Part shown: in pieces, positions 39,001 through 47,205 of the stretch
Layout of the letters: every line of letters starts with the position of its first letter
How positions within the stretch are numbered: the first letter of the stretch is position 1
DNA from: Octopus vulgaris
Lineage: Eukaryota
DNA: 64,000 bases
Direction: 5' to 3'
Assembly (NCBI GenBank): GCA_951406725.2
Contig: OX597816.1
Coordinates: 89,962,001-90,026,000, forward strand
Position numbers and translations under genes: made by a program
The notes under the pieces: generated by a model
What the model was told of the DNA's origin: nothing
Databases searched by the model: none
What the model saw: only the letters and a program-made list of their open reading frames with translations

Positions 39001-41713
39001 TGCCCTTCATTTGGTTCTTGAACATCCAGCATGGGGATCTGATTTGAATGCATCTGGGTTGCTATTTCTAGCAAGTAAAGCTTGGCTGGTTCACACCATC
39101 TTACTTAGCATTTGTCAGATGATATCAGAGATCAAAGGGGAGATCAATGACATTTGCTTCATTAATTTTACGTTGAGATAAGAACTCTGGGACAAATTAG
39201 CTAACAGTTGAAATTTAAATTGGGACTGGAAGAATAGAATAATTGCATTACAGAATTAATTCTCATCCATCTTTTACCTCTGATCAAACACCATCAGACA
39301 TATAGTCATTATAAACATAATATAATTATGCTATTTAACACTCTAGTTTTGGACCACAGGCCCAATTAGCCCACCACAGGAGCTAGCTTAAAACTCTACA
39401 CAGAATGCAGCTTTCGAGCTAGTACTTAATAAGTTTGCATTTTGTTAATATTGAAAATATCAAGATAGACATTTAGATTGACTGCAGAATTTTAACAACC
39501 ATTTTTACATTGCTTATGGGTTTAAGGTGCTAAATCATTAATCATACTATTGTGATATATTTTATTCCCTGAATAAAGCATCTAACTCTGCAGGGCCCAA
39601 AATATTAGCTTTTCCCATTCAACACTTAAACCAAACTTCTTTACATTTAACAAACAGTCCCTGGATTTGTTCTAATCAACCTGGCTGAACAAACACCTTA
39701 GGAACAGCTTTCAAATATAAAAGCAATTGCTCTAATAAATACACCATCCTACTTATGCAATTTTTTTTTTTTAATTAAATTATTTCAGTAAAATCATAAG
39801 CATTTATAAATGTTTTATCTGTAACTCATTATTAAAATTTTATCGTGTTTTAAATATCAAAATAAATGCTAAAAGTAATTAATATAAGAAATATAAAACA
39901 ATAGTAACATACTTTACGATAAACAATTTGCTTGATGATCTGCAAAGCTTGGCTCAGATATGAATCTTGAGCTAAGTCTTTACCGCACATAGATGGACTA
40001 ACATCCAAAACAATAATAATGGCCGTCTGCAATAAAAGTGTATGAAATTGTACAACATGTAACCAAACATAAAAATATACCAATTATAGTGTAATACACA
40101 CGGCAAACAATGGAGTCTCCACAATAACAATTTTCAATCCATGGCACACTCTGCAAGTCATTAAAACTATAATGTTACACCAGCCTTTTAAATATTTTAT
40201 TATATGCAGGTACCAGAATTAAAATTGTTTGAAAAGATAAATGAAGAACATACATTGCACTTTGCCTTGAAAGAACAAACATGCAATATATCATCATGAT
40301 CATTTGATAGGTTTTCCATGCTGGCATGAGTTAGATGATGAACAAGAGGGTTGCATCATGCGTCATGTTAGCTTTGGCATGGTTTCCAATGTTGGATGCC
40401 CTTCCTAATGCCAATCACTTTACAGTGTGTACTAATGGGGTTGCTAAGTAACTTACAAGACAGGAAAAAAGAGGAAAAGGGAAATAGGAGAAAGAGAAAA
40501 GCCTAAGTGGGGGAGTATTTGAAAGGGTAGAGAAGAGATTTTAGGGCAAGGGACAAGAAGTGGGGTCTTTCTATGGAGAAGATACCCTGCATTTATATAA
40601 GGATGGGAGGGAGTATCTGACAGAAAGGTAAGATGGGAGCAATAGGTTGCCAGAACAAAACCCTCAGAAAGCAAGAAATTATACAAGCAGCGGTATTTCG
40701 TCTGTCTTTATGTTCTGAGTTCAAATTCCACCGAGGTTAACTTTGCCTTTCATCCTTTCAGGGTCGATAAATTAAGTACCAGTTCCGTGCTGGGGGTCGA
40801 TCTAATCAACAGGCTCCCTCCCCCAAAATTTTGGACCTTGTGCCCAGAGTAGAAAAGAATATCTTAACGTTTCCAGCTTGCCTTAATCCTTTAGCATTTA
40901 AACCAGCCATATCCAGCCTAAATATTCTACCTGTTTTATGTTCAAACCAACCAGATCCTCCTTCTCACACCCACCCTACAACCTTATTCTAAAAATAAAC
41001 AATCACGTCATTGAAATTACAAAGCTATGTGATAAGACATGATAATTTGAAAGCAGTAATGAATAAGGTTTACATTTGACTGAATAATATGAACACTAAA
41101 GGGTTAAAAACTGGCAATACACGTATGAACCATATGTGGCACACAAGTACACTATGGCACAGGTAGTAAACAATTCCCCTAGCTTGCCAAGAGACCTGCT
41201 AGAAGAAGCAGCCAATAAACTACTACTGATTGTATATATATATATATCATCGTTTTTAACATCCATTTTTCCATGCTTGCATAGGTCAGAGAGAATTTGT
41301 TGAGATGGATTCTCTACAGCCACATACCCTTCCTGTTGCCAATCCTCTCCTGTCTCCAAGGATGGAAATATTACCTCTTGACTAGATACGCTTTCATGAG
41401 AGACTGGAAACAAAGAATACTGCTTGCATGAAAGTGATTCTCATTTGAAACTATCATGTAGTGTCCAGACAAGAAGACTAACACAAACACACATACATGC
41501 ATGCATATATACATACTTACATACATACATCATCTTTTACTTGTTTCAGTCATTGGACTGCAGCCATACTGGGGCACTGCCTGGAAGAGTTTAGTTGAAC
41601 AAATCAACTCCAGTACTTTTTTTTTTTATTCTATCAGCCTCTTTTGCCAAACCACTCAGTTACAGGGATATAAACAAACCAATACCAGTACAAACACACA
41701 TACACACACACAC

Positions 41714-41757
<44 letters not shown>

Positions 41758-44700
41758 AACAATAGGCTTCATTCAGTTTCTGCCTACCACAAGACTTTGG
41801 CCAGCCAAAGACTATAGCAGAAGAAACTTGGCCGAGGTGCCACAGAGGAACTGAATCCAGAACCATGTGGTTGAGAAGAAAAGTTCTTATCACACAGCCA
41901 TACCTGCAATATATTGTCATGTGGTCAAGAGGTTTTCCTCCCAGCCATGTGGTTTCAACTTCAGTCCAACTGTGCAGCAATTGGGCAAATGTCTTCTACT
42001 ATAGTTCCAGGCTGACCAAAGCCTTGATTTGGTAAGCAGAAAGCGAAAAAAAAAGTCCATCATATATGTTAGCACATGTGTTAATGCATGCAGTATCATT
42101 TTGATATTGCATGACAATTATAAACAAGCACTTCCACCTTTCAGTGTCCAGCGTTCCCAATCTTCGATGAAAATATGTCAGACATAGCAGGAAAACTTAT
42201 TATGCTTGGAAACAGATGAGGGTTGGCAACAGGTAGGACATTTGGGTGTAGAATATTTGACTCAACAAATTCTGTCTAATCTATGGAAAACTGGATGTTA
42301 AAGTAATGAGGATTATAATATACAGGAATCACTTGCTTTACGGAAGTAATACATTCCTGAAAATCTGACGATTATGCAAAATTTATTTTCCAATTAGGGC
42401 AGGATGCCCATTGTTGGAACGCCTTTGATTCTAGATTTGCATGTTCATGGCTGACTTGGGGGCTAAACAATAATATATTTGCCGGATCTTTTCGGTTTCA
42501 ACGGCAGTTTTTAACATAATTTCTAGGTAATTAAAAAATTTTAAAGTTCGTATATTGGTAGAATGTGTTTATAAGACATCTTTTTCTCTTGGCTTTATTG
42601 AGAAAATTCTATGGTTTGTAAAATATTTGTTGTTTTTTCTTCAATTTCAACCAATCAATGACGTGTATTGAGGTAAAAAAAATTCTGTGCCGTATAAATA
42701 AGTCCCTCGTTTAAGAAACAGATTGGGTTTATTTACATTTGTGAAGAAAAAACAAGGCGATGCTTCGGTATAGGTACACACGTGACGATAACAGAAATCC
42801 TTTTCTCCCACCCCTGTCCCCCCATATATAAAAAAAAACACTTTCTTGAAATGTATCCGGTACTTACACCGGTACACATACCGAAGTTACGCCAAAAAAA
42901 AGATACCCTTCCCCCCACCCCTAACCAACCGTAACCCTAAAACAGATTGAAATGCAATAGATCGATACTAGGGTCATAATTATGGGTGACAATTTCATAT
43001 GACACCGCTAGAAAAACTGCCGTTCAAACCGAAAAGATCCGCCAACTTTCCCAATTCTCTTTTTTTTTTTCTTCCTCTTTTCCTTCCATCCTTTTTTTTT
43101 TTCTTTCTTTCTTCGCTCATATTTGTGTTTTCTTCGGTTTTGGATTTGTAAAGTCTCATTGTTAGTACAATAAAAGATAATAAAGAATCACAACCTATTT
43201 AATAAAGGGTACACTGGACAATATAGTCCCTGACATAAAAGAAAAAAACTTGACGGGACGGTTAGAACACCTTTGATCACAGATAAATGTAAATTTAAAC
43301 TCTTTATTAAAAAAAAAAAAAAACTTGATTCTGTGGAATATAATCTGTACGGTCAGAGCGCGAAATCGACAATACGGAGTGAGAGAAAGAATTATTTAAA
43401 GGGGAGAGAAACGCTTGCCTAGGTCATACATAGAGTCGGAAATTATCTAGCGCGCCAAAAACCGTAATTTCTTCGAATCTTCACGTAGATTACGAATCAA
43501 TAAAAAAAAAATAGCGAGGAGAGGAATTTTTGTCTCCCGCGCCGTACGCTTTGACGCTTAAAATTCTTTTTTTCTGGTTTTATGTTCTAAACATCTAAGA
43601 TTACGAGGTAAATTACCAGATTACGATTCTTCAAAATTATACAGGCATTTCCAACAAACAACTCTCTTTTAACAGTACTTAAAACATACAGATCCGAAGA
43701 AATCACGATTTTTGGCACACTAGGTAATTTCTGGCCCTACTCTAAAGGAATGCCCAAAAGAAGTACTTAGGATAATGGGTGGAATTCCAGTTTAAACACC
43801 CCATATAACTCCGTATAGCTTCTTTTTTTTTTTTTATTTTAAGAAATTTTCAGAAAACGTTTATGAATTTGTGTTCTACAGACAGGAATTCATACGACTG
43901 TACAAAAACAAAACAAAGTTTAGCTGTTATTTTTAGCACATCTCACAACCATCTGATACCGTCCTCGTTTCTTTGTCACTCTGACATGTACTGATGTTTT
44001 TCACTATTTTCTCCCCATAAACACATTTAATGGTCTGATGCTGGGATTTAAGCAAAAACATTCCGACTGTCCGAAAATTAAAAAACAAAATTTTTTTTCA
44101 TAATCGTATGAATTCTCGTGTGAAGGACACTTATTTGCACTTTTCTGAAAATTCCCTAGAATAAAAAAGTTATGAGAGCTTATATCGGATGCTTAAAGCA
44201 GAATTCCAGTGTAACAACATTTATATTTTTTCTTCAAAATTATTATTTACTCTTTTGGAACTAAAATTAAAACACTAACAACTGATCCACTTTGGTCATA
44301 AATAATAACAAACAATTGGTACAAACGTAGATTTGAAAGGATGAATTAATATTACAAGTGGTAATTTATCGTTATAATAAGAGAGAGATGTGGTTACATA
44401 GCAATAAGAGTAGGGCAAAGAGTTGAAAGCTTCCGTGTTCCTAGGGGTTGAAAAGGGTTAAACAACAACACAGCTAGCATAAAAAATACTTTCATGGCAC
44501 TAAGAAAAAAATTATCACCAAACAAACTTTCATGAAGCAAATATAAAAACTAGAATTCGAACTGATATATTCAGAAACAAATTAGTACTGATTAATTTAA
44601 GTACTTTTTGCTTCATATACACACACACACACTTACGCGAAACTATATTTAGCTTATAAAATTATAAGTCATTCAATCTCAATATTTAGTTTCAAATGGT

Positions 44701-44909
44701 TTTGTATTGAATGAAAGAAGAGACTGTCTTTAAAAAAATTCCATTTACTCGTTAAAAACTACTTTCTTTAAGCCAGGTTTCCTAAAATAGAAGAATATAT
44801 TCTTTACTTCGCACATAGTTGCTAATTTTTAAGCATGGGAACCTGCACCGGAATAAAATCACAATTTATAAGATTGTACTTATTTAATACATACCTTGTT
44901 GTACGCCAT
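9019..44909 (-). CDS. XRCC5: Ku80 (X-ray repair cross-complementing protein 5), 19 coding exons, 1773 nt, 590 aa
   Basis: Exons: 44895-44909, 39913-40026, 37934-38117, 34412-34460, 33182-33307, 30935-31048, 28692-28803, 26725-26860, 25491-25591, 23501-23563, 21471-21608, 20299-20404, 19389-19437, 17666-17735, 16571-16746, 13649-13682, 11328-11388, 9573-9682, 9019-9033. All introns are GT-AG and phases join into one open frame. Ku80 motifs: AIIIVLDVSPSM, DFVDALIVAMD, GFYYGSTLVP, AFSALVNALFETNMLAIVRRVY, ELPFFED, C-terminal ADDLLDEM*. Confidence 0.93.
9143..9357 (+). mobile_element. Meta-core tRNA SINE, well-preserved copy
   Basis: GGTGGCGAGCTGGCAGAA head, B box, core, and approximate TSD ATGTTAT. 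Confidence 0.85.
9573..9682 (-). CDS. XRCC5: Ku80 exon 18 (acidic linker to EGSADDL)
   Basis: ttcttttctcgggcacag|AT...GATTTG|gtgagt; phase 1 to 0. Confidence 0.85.
10222..10376 (-). mobile_element. Penelope-like terminal fragment with a degenerate minimal hammerhead motif
   Basis: Minus strand reads CTTT CTGTAGAA GAGC-GTAG-GCTC AAAA CGTA AAAG. Confidence 0.5.
10688..10990 (-). mobile_element. RTE 3' UTR fragment
   Basis: (CAT)n tail followed by the family 3' UTR sequence. Confidence 0.7.
11328..11388 (-). CDS. XRCC5: Ku80 exon 17 (APNDAPKDFKQLVLAGKYFK)
   Basis: gctttcag|GCT...AAAG|gtgaaa. Aligns by eye with human VGSVNPAENFRVLV; phase 0 to 1. Confidence 0.75.
11940..12225 (+). mobile_element. 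RTE 3' UTR fragment
   Basis: TGGCACATAAAAAGCAC...GAAGGGCATCCAGC...GTTAAACGATGATGATG. Confidence 0.75.
13649..13682 (-). CDS. XRCC5: Ku80 exon 16 (34-nt microexon, LDMDSSQMKAE)
   Basis: cttttatttcag|C...GAG|gtaaag supplies the phase 2 to 0 bridge needed between exons 15 and 17. Sequence conservation is low. Confidence 0.6.
14205..14436 (+). mobile_element. Meta-core tRNA SINE
   Basis: TTCTGAGTTCAAAT...TTTGCCTTTCATCCTTTC core. Confidence 0.75.
14440..15010 (-). repeat. Unclassified retroposon-like repeat with an (AAT)n tail
   Basis: More GC-rich block ending in an (ATT)n-like run, sandwiched between other repeats. Confidence 0.4.
15045..15242 (+). mobile_element. RTE 3' UTR fragment
   Basis: One VNTR core unit, family 3' end and (GAT)n tail. 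Confidence 0.8.
16150..16510 (+). mobile_element. Degenerate RTE-like LINE 3' end
   Basis: Translates to a KRPRDRQRTKWLD...SW...LGIQP-like RTE C-terminus with disruptions. Confidence 0.45.
16571..16746 (-). CDS. XRCC5: Ku80 exon 15
   Basis: CFEQRVLEPTKPIPEL...IKENFKLEK, similar to human CLLHRALHPREPLPP...IKTLFPL. cag/gtaagt boundaries. Confidence 0.9.
17046..17233 (-). mobile_element. Meta-core tRNA SINE with TSD
   Basis: Flanked by GAGACCAA(G/A)ACAATATT on both sides. Confidence 0.8.
17389..17602 (-). mobile_element. Meta-core tRNA SINE with 19-bp TSD
   Basis: TATCACATCAATTAATATT at 17370-17388 and 17603-17621. Confidence 0.85.
17666..17735 (-). CDS. XRCC5: Ku80 exon 14
   Basis: NEGKHKFLNTKYISTPSLQKFYQ, similar to human TTKIPNPRFQRLFQ; tttag/gtatgt boundaries. 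Confidence 0.85.
17872..18470 (+). mobile_element. Internal RTE ORF2 fragment, degenerate
   Basis: WWNDVV..., AKEAWKCHYERLLNVEN, MKIGKASSPSGITAEMLK, with stops and frameshifts. Confidence 0.75.
18798..19011. mobile_element. piggyBac-like MITE
   Basis: TTAA|CCCTTCAGCATT...AATGCTAAGATG|TTAA. An inverted relative sits at 40887-41103. Confidence 0.65.
19389..19437 (-). CDS. XRCC5: Ku80 exon 13
   Basis: AQLEAMDNLIDTMTF, similar to human AQLNAVDALIDSMSL. Confidence 0.9.
19491..20046 (+). mobile_element. Mariner (DD34D) internal-deletion derivative
   Basis: 30-bp TIRs TTGGGTTGTCCGGAAAGTTCGTGCCGATTT with TA TSDs. Transposase N-terminus MEDKKVHFRHLMLWE is fused to the C-terminus PPYSPDITPSDFHLFRSL...NGPYLVD. 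Confidence 0.93.
20299..20404 (-). CDS. XRCC5: Ku80 exon 12
   Basis: CMIYHELPFFEDI...KFKPS. Confidence 0.92.
20805..21114 (+). mobile_element. RTE 3' UTR with 3 VNTR cores and (GAT)n tail
   Basis: TGGCACGTAAAAAGCACC at 20821, 20884 and 20932. Confidence 0.85.
21471..21608 (-). CDS. XRCC5: Ku80 exon 11
   Basis: VTSVAFSALVNALFETNMLAIVRRVYDARSGPRIGCLKPHIKNDYE. Confidence 0.95.
22107..22932 (-). mobile_element. Degenerate mariner element
   Basis: MKEQCASVKFCFLLGK...SKTQVYKWCSHF...EDKPCLGRPSTS; degenerate TIR-like ends. Confidence 0.75.
23501..23563 (-). CDS. XRCC5: Ku80 exon 10
   Basis: VPVYSYMGDSTMYVIAEPTDQ, 63 nt, phase 0-0. Confidence 0.88.
23707..24400 (-). mobile_element. Tigger/pogo-like transposon remnant
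   Basis: KKVMMLHEKAQLLDM...GKSYTAVG...NESTIYYI is a CENP-B-type HTH N-terminus. CAGTGTACTCCCGCTTAT looks like a TIR end. Confidence 0.65.
24435..25093 (+). mobile_element. Tc1 (DD34E) transposase C-terminal half and right end
   Basis: MVWG...FQQDNTPSH...P*PALSLDLYPIEHLWDEI; ends ...TTCAGTG|TA. Confidence 0.85.
25491..25591 (-). CDS. XRCC5: Ku80 exon 9
   Basis: GFYYGSTLVPISEMSEKYKSTKCFTVLGFTSKEN. Confidence 0.95.
26060..26495 (-). mobile_element. Hero-like (R2 group, RLE) LINE 3' remnant
   Basis: Minus-strand translation KTNRYVNLLEKCEGADWKAEHFPIEVGCREFVGHS...AVEKASHWIWLKR*. Confidence 0.75.
26725..26860 (-). CDS. XRCC5: Ku80 exon 8
   Basis: LKGYKPAQSWKKVFA...LNDENETEIEYQDTVP. Confidence 0.92.
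27266..27740 (-). mobile_element. RTE 3' UTR with 5 VNTR units
   Basis: GTGCTTTT-type cores recur at about 65-bp spacing from 27420 to 27681. Confidence 0.85.
27899..28117. mobile_element. piggyBac-like MITE
   Basis: TTAA|CCCTTT...AAAGGG|CTAA. An inverted relative sits at about 31690-31875. Confidence 0.6.
28692..28803 (-). CDS. XRCC5: Ku80 exon 7
   Basis: DALSRPNVF...AWKCNLEIGSNLSIPICGYIK, similar to human [20 protein letters not shown]. Confidence 0.95.
28925..29150 (-). mobile_element. RTE 3' UTR fragment
   Basis: Family 3' end with one VNTR unit. Confidence 0.8.
29862..30232 (+). mobile_element. RTE 3' UTR with VNTR units and (GAT)n tail
   Basis: Repeated AAAAAGCACC-type cores and the family 3' end. 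Confidence 0.8.
30233..30563. repeat. Compound purine-pyrimidine alternating microsatellite with higher-order ~22-30 bp units
   Basis: Recurring ATATGTGTATATGTATGTATATAGAT-type units. Confidence 0.9.
30935..31048 (-). CDS. XRCC5: Ku80 exon 6
   Basis: SPKSTGDINQVSDEQQKEAETIIEQM..., similar to human ITEQQKEGLEIVKMV; phase 2-2. Confidence 0.88.
32699..32971. mobile_element. hAT-type MITE
   Basis: 8-bp TSD CTGTAAAC (32691-32698 and 32972-32979); degenerate TIRs CATTAGTTTCCAAAGT / AGTTTGGGAGCTACTG. Confidence 0.8.
33182..33307 (-). CDS. XRCC5: Ku80 exon 5
   Basis: TKKGLKHRQIILLSNLMSLFVDDQIGDIMINMKQQEITFNV. Confidence 0.92.
33372..33748 (+). mobile_element. Non-autonomous Helentron/DINE-1-like element (HINE)
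   Basis: 5' hairpin ACCTCCGCCTT-AGCA-AAGGCGGAGGT, (TTTG)n microsatellite, GGATTTGGATGAAACTTTCAGG core, and 3' GGCAGAGGT plus GCACTC-TCT-GAGTGC hairpin before a T-rich site. Confidence 0.7.
33875..34262 (-). mobile_element. Full-length CORE-type tRNA SINE
   Basis: Same family as 1125-1502. Confidence 0.8.
34412..34460 (-). CDS. XRCC5: Ku80 exon 4
   Basis: (F)VDALIVAMDHLQTNLE, 49 nt. Confidence 0.93.
34850..34945 (-). mobile_element. Tc1 transposase N-terminal fragment
   Basis: Minus strand IVGARMAGASITKIAEMF, a Tc1-type HTH start. Confidence 0.55.
35243..37460 (-). mobile_element. 5'-truncated RTE LINE (RT domain to 3' UTR with VNTR), with a nested second 3' end near 35680-35820
   Basis: QFGFVPGRSTTNAIFLVRQLQEKY, VRVHRGSVLSSLLFIIVL, ELLYADG, RGKPRKTWD, then the VNTR-bearing UTR and (GAT)n tail. 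Confidence 0.9.
37480..37823 (-). mobile_element. tRNA-derived SINE with a V-like CTTGAGCAAGACACTT domain
   Basis: A box TGGCTCAGAGG and B box GTTCGATTCC on the minus strand. Confidence 0.8.
37934..38117 (-). CDS. XRCC5: Ku80 exon 3
   Basis: VFSESKDEIAVILLGTSNTSNPLA...PDFDLLE...EAD, 184 nt. Confidence 0.95.
38238..38435 (+). mobile_element. Meta-core tRNA SINE
   Basis: Same family as 9143-9357. Confidence 0.75.
38628..38775 (-). mobile_element. RTE extreme 3' end
   Basis: (CAT)n plus the family terminus; no VNTR unit. Confidence 0.8.
39913..40026 (-). CDS. XRCC5: Ku80 exon 2 (vWA start)
   Basis: TAIIIVLDVSPSM...QIVYRK, 114 nt. Confidence 0.95.
40688..40860 (+). mobile_element. Meta-core tRNA SINE, 5'-truncated
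   Basis: Close match to 9190-9357. Confidence 0.8.
40887..41103. mobile_element. piggyBac-like MITE
   Basis: TTAA|TCCTTTAGCATT...CTAAAGGG|TTAA. Confidence 0.65.
41532..42070. mobile_element. Head-to-head pair of CORE-type SINEs (minus 41532-41905, plus about 41915-42070)
   Basis: Both copies carry the GGGCAA.TGTCTTCTACTATAG core, in opposite orientations. Confidence 0.7.
42484..43040. mobile_element. Non-autonomous DNA transposon with 28-bp TIRs and apparent 3-bp TSD GCC
   Basis: GGATCTTTTCGGTTTCAACGGCAGTTTT ... AAAACTGCCGTTCAAACCGAAAAGATCC. Confidence 0.85.
43430..43745. mobile_element. MITE-like inverted repeat
   Basis: About 50-bp imperfect arms (TAGAGTCGGAAATTATCTAG...TTCTTCGAATC and GATCCGAAGAAA...CCTACTCTA). 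Confidence 0.6.
43781..44207. mobile_element. MITE-like inverted repeat
   Basis: About 115-bp degenerate arms bounded by GGAATTC / GAATTCC. Confidence 0.55.
44895..44909 (-). CDS. XRCC5: Ku80 exon 1 coding part (MAYNK)
   Basis: ATG GCG TAC AAC AAG|gtatgt in a CpG-retaining context, matching human ...NK|AAVV. Confidence 0.8.
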
Positions 44910-44929
44910 TCTGACAGATATATTAACTA

Positions 44930-45020
44930 AGTCTTAATTTGTTTCCGGTTTCGTAATGTTCACGATGTGTAGGTGACTAACAATTTCGAAGCAATGAACG
45001 TGTCGGAACTTGTGCACACC
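44930..45020 (-). promoter_or_regulatory. Putative Ku80 core promoter with an ETS-like CCGGAAA site
   Basis: ACCGGAAAC on the minus strand at about 44941-44949, roughly 35 nt upstream of the ATG. Confidence 0.35.
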
Positions 45021-45274
45021 ACAATCAATATAAGAAGATGTTTTAATATACTGATGATGCAATGTATACATCACAATCTAAGTAATTTAATATATCGATG
45101 ATGTACACATCGCAATCCTGGTCACGACGGTGTCACTCAATGAACAGGACCAGCTTTACAAATGCTAGGACCATTCGCTATGAGGTCCTGTAGAGCAAGG
45201 GTACTCAACTACCGGGTTGTATATCACTTGCTACCGGGTTGACCAGAAAGAATAAAATTTTAATCGCAGTCTGC

Positions 45275-45512
45275 AGAGTCAGATTCTGATTCTACAAAAA
45301 AAAACGACATTTTAAAATTTTAATTCCCGCCCCTCAGAATTTTTTTTTTTTTTTTTTTTTTTTTTTTGCGAAACACGTAGAAAAATATGGAGATTATGAT
45401 TCTAAAGTAAAATTTCTGAAAAAAAATGAGAACTGAAGAATTGTGGGGGGAATTAAAATTTTAAAATGCCTTTTTTTTTTTTTTTTTTGCAGAATCAGAA
45501 TCTCCGTACTCG
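45275..45512. mobile_element. MITE-like inverted repeat upstream of Ku80
   Basis: AGATTCTGATTCTACAAAA...CATTTTAAAATTTTAATTCCC pairs with GGGAATTAAAATTTTAAAATG...TTTTGCAGAATCAGAATCT. Confidence 0.65.
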
Positions 45513-45547
45513 AAAAGGGAGGGGGGCTCCTGTAAATATATTATATA

Positions 45548-45851
45548 TCATCAGCATCATCGTTTAACGTCTGTTTTCTGTGCTACCACAGGTTGGACGG
45601 TTCAACCGGGTTCTGGGAAGCCAAGAGGCTGCACCAGGCTCCAGTCTGATCTGGCAGTGTTTCTACAGCTGGATGCCCTTTTTAACGCCAACCACTCCGT
45701 GAGTGTAGTGAGTGCTTTTTACGTGCCAGGGGTAGCTGGCAGCGGCCACAATCGGTTGGTGCTTTTTACGTGCTACCAGCACGGAAGCCAGTCAAGGCGG
45801 CGCTGGCATCGGCCACGTTCAGATGGTGCATTTTACATGCCACCGGCACAG
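45548..45851 (-). mobile_element. RTE 3' UTR with VNTR units
   Basis: (CAT)n tail, family terminus and 3 cores. Confidence 0.8.
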
Positions 45852-47205
45852 ATATCACAACTGAGGTGTTAAAGTCAGGCAGAAAGCAGCTCTGGAAAAT
45901 CCTTGCCAAGCAATTCACACATGTAGATGAGGGAAGAATTCCCTCGCAGTGGAAAGAGTCAAATACCATTCTGCTATATAAGAAGTACGATAGGGAAGAT
46001 CTAAAGAACTACCGATCCATATGCCTGCTGTCTCACGTGTACAAGCTGTTCACAAAGATAATTATGAACAGGTTGTCACATCATCTCGACAAACAACAAC
46101 CGAAGGAGCAAGCCAGCTTCTGGAAGAACTACAGCACGATGGACCATATATTTACTTTAACACAACTACTTGAGCGAGCGAATGAGTACAAGCTGACTCT
46201 TCGCATTGCATTTGTAGACTATGAGAAGGCCTTCAACATTGTCAAAACCAACGCGGTGATGAACTCACTGCAGAGGCAAGGAGTGGAGGCACAATATGTG
46301 CAACTGCTCAGGAATGCAAATTCCGGATGTACCACCAACATAGCTCTGCTGTCATCCCCCATATGAGTGCTGGCCAAGAAGGGAGGAAGCAAGGAGATGC
46401 GATCACTCCAAAACTTTTCACCATATATCTCAAGCAGATCAGCAGAGGCATCAACTGGCAAGGTGGTGTCAACATCAATGGTGAGCTACTCACCCATCTC
46501 CATTTCACTGATGACATCATAATCATCGCTGGGACCACGGATCAGCTTCAGACCATGCTGACGGAGCTTGACATCAAAAGCTCTGCAGTAGGTCTCAAGA
46601 TGAAATACATGAAAACGAAGTTCATGCAGTCCAACAACGTACCAACAGGTTGAATGGTGGTCAGCAGTGATGAAATAGAGGAGGTAAAGGAATATGTCTA
46701 CCTGGGACAGGAAGTGAATATGTGCCAAGACATCGTAAAGGAGATCTCATGGAGGGTAAGGGCTCGATGGAAGGCGTTTAATGGCATAAGGGATGTGCTC
46801 AAGGGAAGGTTGGACAGGACCACTCACACCAATCTCATCAGTAGCACAGTTCTACCTGCAGTGTTATATGGTAGTGAAACATGGTCTGCAACAAAGAGAG
46901 AAGAGCAGAGATTGGTAACAGCTCAAAGAGCCATGGAGAGGTCAATGCTTCGAATCTCGTTGAGAGAGCATATCAGTAATGAGGTCATCAGACAGAAGTC
47001 TGACATGTGAGATGTCATCATAGAATATACACGCAACAACTTTAGATGGGCTGAACACATCGCCCGGCTCACCAATAATCGGTGGACCTGCGCAGTTGTT
47101 GAATGGTACCCATGCGAGCTGAAACGACCATTCGGAAGACCTCCACAACGGTGGATGAGGAAGGCACAATCTAGAGAGGAGTGGACAGCATGCTGTGAAT
47201 AGCGG
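45852..47205 (+). mobile_element. RTE-clade LINE reverse transcriptase, degenerate, second family
   Basis: WKESNTILLYKK...NYRSICLLSHVYKLF...FVDYEKAF...KQGDAITPKLF...LHFTDDI...YVYLGQ...LYGSETW...RWAEHIAR; contains stops and frameshifts. Confidence 0.92.

Noticed and set aside
42915-42940. Telomerase RNA template or interstitial telomere
   Set aside because: Only two CCCTAA units, inside a TIR element; no pseudoknot or H/ACA context seen.
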